DNA of 64,000 nucleotides from Acidimicrobiia bacterium (GTDB lineage Bacteria; Actinomycetota; Acidimicrobiia; Acidimicrobiales; Bin134): NCBI GenBank assembly GCA_022822905.1, contig JAJDYE010000016.1, positions 344,731 to 408,730 of the forward strand, read 5' to 3'. Shown piece by piece: positions 61,910 to 64,000 of this stretch (position 1 is its first letter; each line of letters starts with the position of its first letter). The notes under the pieces were generated by a model. It saw only the letters and a program-made list of their open reading frames with translations, ran no database searches and was not told where the DNA came from. The position numbers and the translations under genes were made by a program.

Positions 61910-63571
61910 TCAACCCACCGCCCCCACCGGCGAAGCCAAAGCCTGGGCGTGGGCGTGTTGGGCGTGGTGGGAGCTGCGGGTTAGGGGGCTGGCTTCTATG
62001 TGGGCAATGCCCAGCGACTGGCCGACGGCCCGGAACTCCTCGAATCGGTCGGGCGGCACCCAGCGGGCCACGGGGAGATGATGGGTGGTGGGCCGCAGAT
62101 ACTGGCCGACGGTCACGATGTCGGTGCCCACCGCGGCCAGGTCGGCCATGGTCTGGACCACCTCTTCGTCGGTCTCGCCCAGGCCGACGATGATCGACGA
62201 CTTGGTGGTGAGCCCCGCGGCCTTGGCCTGGGCCAGCACCGCCAGGCTGCGGGCGTAGCCCGCCGAGGGCCGAACCACCCGCTGGAGCCGGGCCACCGTC
62301 TCGATGTTGTGGTTCAAAACGTCGGGCCGGGCGTCGAAAACGACGGCCAGCGCGTCGGGGTCGCCCTTGCAGTCGGGGATGAGCACTTCCACCCGCACCT
62401 CAGGGGTGCGCGTGCGAACCGCATCCACCACTGCCGCGAACCCGCCAGCACCCCCGTCGGCCAGGTCGTCGCGGGCCACCGCGGTGACCACCGCGTAGTC
62501 CAGGCCCATGGCCTCCACTGCGTCGGCCACCCGCTCGGGCTCTGCCGGATCGAGCGGCTCGGGCTTGCGGGTGTCCACCAGGCAGAAGCCGCAGGCCCGA
62601 GTGCAGCGCTCGCCGTTGATCATGAACGTGGCCGTGCCCTCGTTCCAGCACTCGTAGATGTTGGGGCAGCCAGCCTCCTCGCACACCGTCACCAGATTCC
62701 GGCTGTGCAAAACCGACCGCAGTCGCCGGAACTCGGGGCCGGTCCTAAGGGGCACCCGCATCCACTCCGGCTTGCGCCCGTTGATGGCCAGCCCCTCGGA
62801 CAGTCCGGCTTCGTCCATCCGAGATTGCAGCCGGACCGGCCGGCCGGGTACATCGCCCGGGCCCATCCCTCGGCTGAACGGGCTCAAGTCTTCGGGCCGC
62901 TGCCGCCATGCCACGTCGGCCCGGTCTACTCCCTCCGTCTCCCAGCGGTCGGCGGCTCGGGCGGCCACCGCGTCCACCACCTCCCGCATGGTCGCCCGCC
63001 GTCCTTCGGCGGCCAGGGAAGTGACCGCCTTGTCGGGGATGCCGCAGGGCACGATGCGATCGAACCAGTCCAAGTCGCAGTCCACGTTCAGGGCAAAGCC
63101 GTGCATGGAGCGGGTACGGCTGAGGCGCACGCCGATGGCCGCGATCTTGCGGGGGTTGTCGCTGTCGGGATCCACCCACACACCGGGATAGTCGTACAGC
63201 CGGCCGCAGTTGGGCAGCCCCAGATCACGCAGCGAGTCGATCACCAATTGCTCCACCGAGCGCACGTAGGCCACGGTGTCGGCCATGCCCCCGCCCCGTT
63301 TGCCGGCCACGGTCATCACCGGATAGCCGACGAGCTGGCCGGGTCCGTGGTAGGTGACGTCGCCGCCTCGGTCGGTGTATGCCACCTCGGCCCCCACCTC
63401 GACCGGGTCCACCAAGATGTTGGCCTCGTCGCCCCGCAGTCCCAGGGTGAACACGTGGGGATGCTCCAACAGCAGCAGGTAGTCGCCACTCCGCTCGAAC
63501 ATGGCCTGCTGGCAGGCGTGGGCGTCCCGATACGACACCCGCCCCAGCCATCGGATGCGAAGCGGGCTCAT
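61910..63571 (-). CDS. lipB/lipA: octanoyltransferase LipB fused in one ORF to lipoyl synthase LipA
   Basis: N-terminal half: MSPLRIRWLG...RGGDVTYHGPGQLVGYP (LipB). C-terminal half: CEEAGCPNIYEC and radical-SAM CTRACGFC (LipA). No stop separates them. The ATG at 63571 lies 7 nt after the E2 stop. Confidence 0.8.
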   Translation of the reverse strand: MSPLRIRWLGRVSYRDAHACQQAMFERSGDYLLLLEHPHVFTLGLRGDEANILVDPVEVGAEVAYTDRGGDVTYHGPGQLVGYPVMTVAGKRGGGMADTVAYVRSVEQLVIDSLRDLGLPNCGRLYDYPGVWVDPDSDNPRKIAAIGVRLSRTRSMHGFALNVDCDLDWFDRIVPCGIPDKAVTSLAAEGRRATMREVVDAVAARAADRWETEGVDRADVAWRQRPEDLSPFSRGMGPGDVPGRPVRLQSRMDEAGLSEGLAINGRKPEWMRVPLRTGPEFRRLRSVLHSRNLVTVCEEAGCPNIYECWNEGTATFMINGERCTRACGFCLVDTRKPEPLDPAEPERVADAVEAMGLDYAVVTAVARDDLADGGAGGFAAVVDAVRTRTPEVRVEVLIPDCKGDPDALAVVFDARPDVLNHNIETVARLQRVVRPSAGYARSLAVLAQAKAAGLTTKSSIIVGLGETDEEVVQTMADLAAVGTDIVTVGQYLRPTTHHLPVARWVPPDRFEEFRAVGQSLGIAHIEASPLTRSSHHAQHAHAQALASPVGAVG

Positions 63572-63578
63572 CGAAGGC

Positions 63579-64000
63579 TCATGGCATCTCGGCGTGCCAG
63601 TCGCGGGTTTCGATGATCGAACGCAAGTGGTCCAAGAAGGCGGCCACGTAGGCCCCGTCGAAGGCCCGGTGATCCCAGGCCAGGGCCAGCACCCCCACCG
63701 AGTGGACGGCGATGGCCTCACCGCCGTCTTCGGCGGTGACAACCACCGGTCGGCGGCGGATCCCGTCGGTGGACAAGATGGCCACCTGGGGCTGGTTGAT
63801 TATGGGGAACTGCATCATGGTTCCCCACTGGCCGGGGTTGGTGATGGTGAACGTGCCCCCCGAGATCTCATCGGCGTTCAGCTTCTTGGCCCGCGCCCGC
63901 CTCGACAGGTCGGCCACCTCTTCGGCGATCGCCGTCAGGCGCTTGCGATCGGCGTCCACTACTACCGGGGCCAGCAGCCCTTGGAAGTCGAGGTCGACGG
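63579..64000 (-). CDS. 2-oxoacid dehydrogenase E2 (dihydrolipoamide acyltransferase), catalytic-domain C-terminus; 5' part lies outside the window
   Basis: FTITNPG, the catalytic motif DHRAFDG, and VDLDFQGLLAPVVVDADRK readable up to the window edge. Confidence 0.85.
   Translation of the reverse strand, partial: VDLDFQGLLAPVVVDADRKRLTAIAEEVADLSRRARAKKLNADEISGGTFTITNPGQWGTMMQFPIINQPQVAILSTDGIRRRPVVVTAEDGGEAIAVHSVGVLALAWDHRAFDGAYVAAFLDHLRSIIETRDWHAEMP

Noticed and set aside
63572-63742. 57-codon N-terminal extension of the LipB-LipA ORF
   Set aside because: It overlaps the well-supported E2 C-terminus in another frame and is Pro/Trp/Thr-rich. The ATG at 63571 gives the canonical LipB N-terminus 7 nt after the E2 stop.

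Overview
High-GC, densely coding chromosomal window (most hand-counted lines are above 60% G+C) with actinobacterium-like gene content. I saw no rRNA, tRNA, CRISPR array, transposase or integrase. It divides into five parts. (1) 0.75-22.5 kb is a cell-envelope polysaccharide locus. It holds dTDP-rhamnose synthesis genes (rmlABCD), several GT2/GT4 glycosyltransferases, and a Wzm/Wzt ABC exporter whose ATPase carries a C-terminal glycan-binding-type domain. It also holds coiled-coil methyltransferases resembling WbdD-type chain terminators, a repeat-rich SpoIID/LytB protein, and a divergent pair of GT-C-like membrane proteins next to a polyprenol-P GT2 and a small membrane protein. (2) 22.5-26.8 kb and 30.8-36.7 kb are housekeeping genes: rhodanese-ThiF, sirtuin, MauE-like, pepA, metH. 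(3) 26.8-30.7 kb is a small accessory patch containing vapBC, a kinase gene cut to about 100 codons, a markedly AT-rich two-gene operon of unknown function, a vapC remnant and a Uma2 nuclease. It is bracketed by nested, diverged duplicates of the vapC and pepA 3' ends. This is my best candidate for an undescribed defence or toxin-immunity module. (4) 36.8-59.7 kb is a roughly 23 kb sugar (6-deoxyhexose-like) catabolic island. Seven copies of one palindrome (TGGAAACGTTTCCA) lie in its promoter gaps, and it encodes a LacI-family regulator. It also contains two paralogous Cys-rich 372-aa proteins of unknown family and an E1-beta/E1-alpha/stand-alone lipoyl-domain trio without an E2 core. (5) 59.7-64 kb starts with a junction of diverged gene-end fragments, followed by a phd-vapC cassette, an M24 peptidase, a single-ORF LipB-LipA fusion and the 3' part of a 2-oxoacid dehydrogenase E2 gene. 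Short tandem duplications of 15-63 bp recur throughout. All functional calls rest on motifs read by eye from the supplied translations; no database search was possible.
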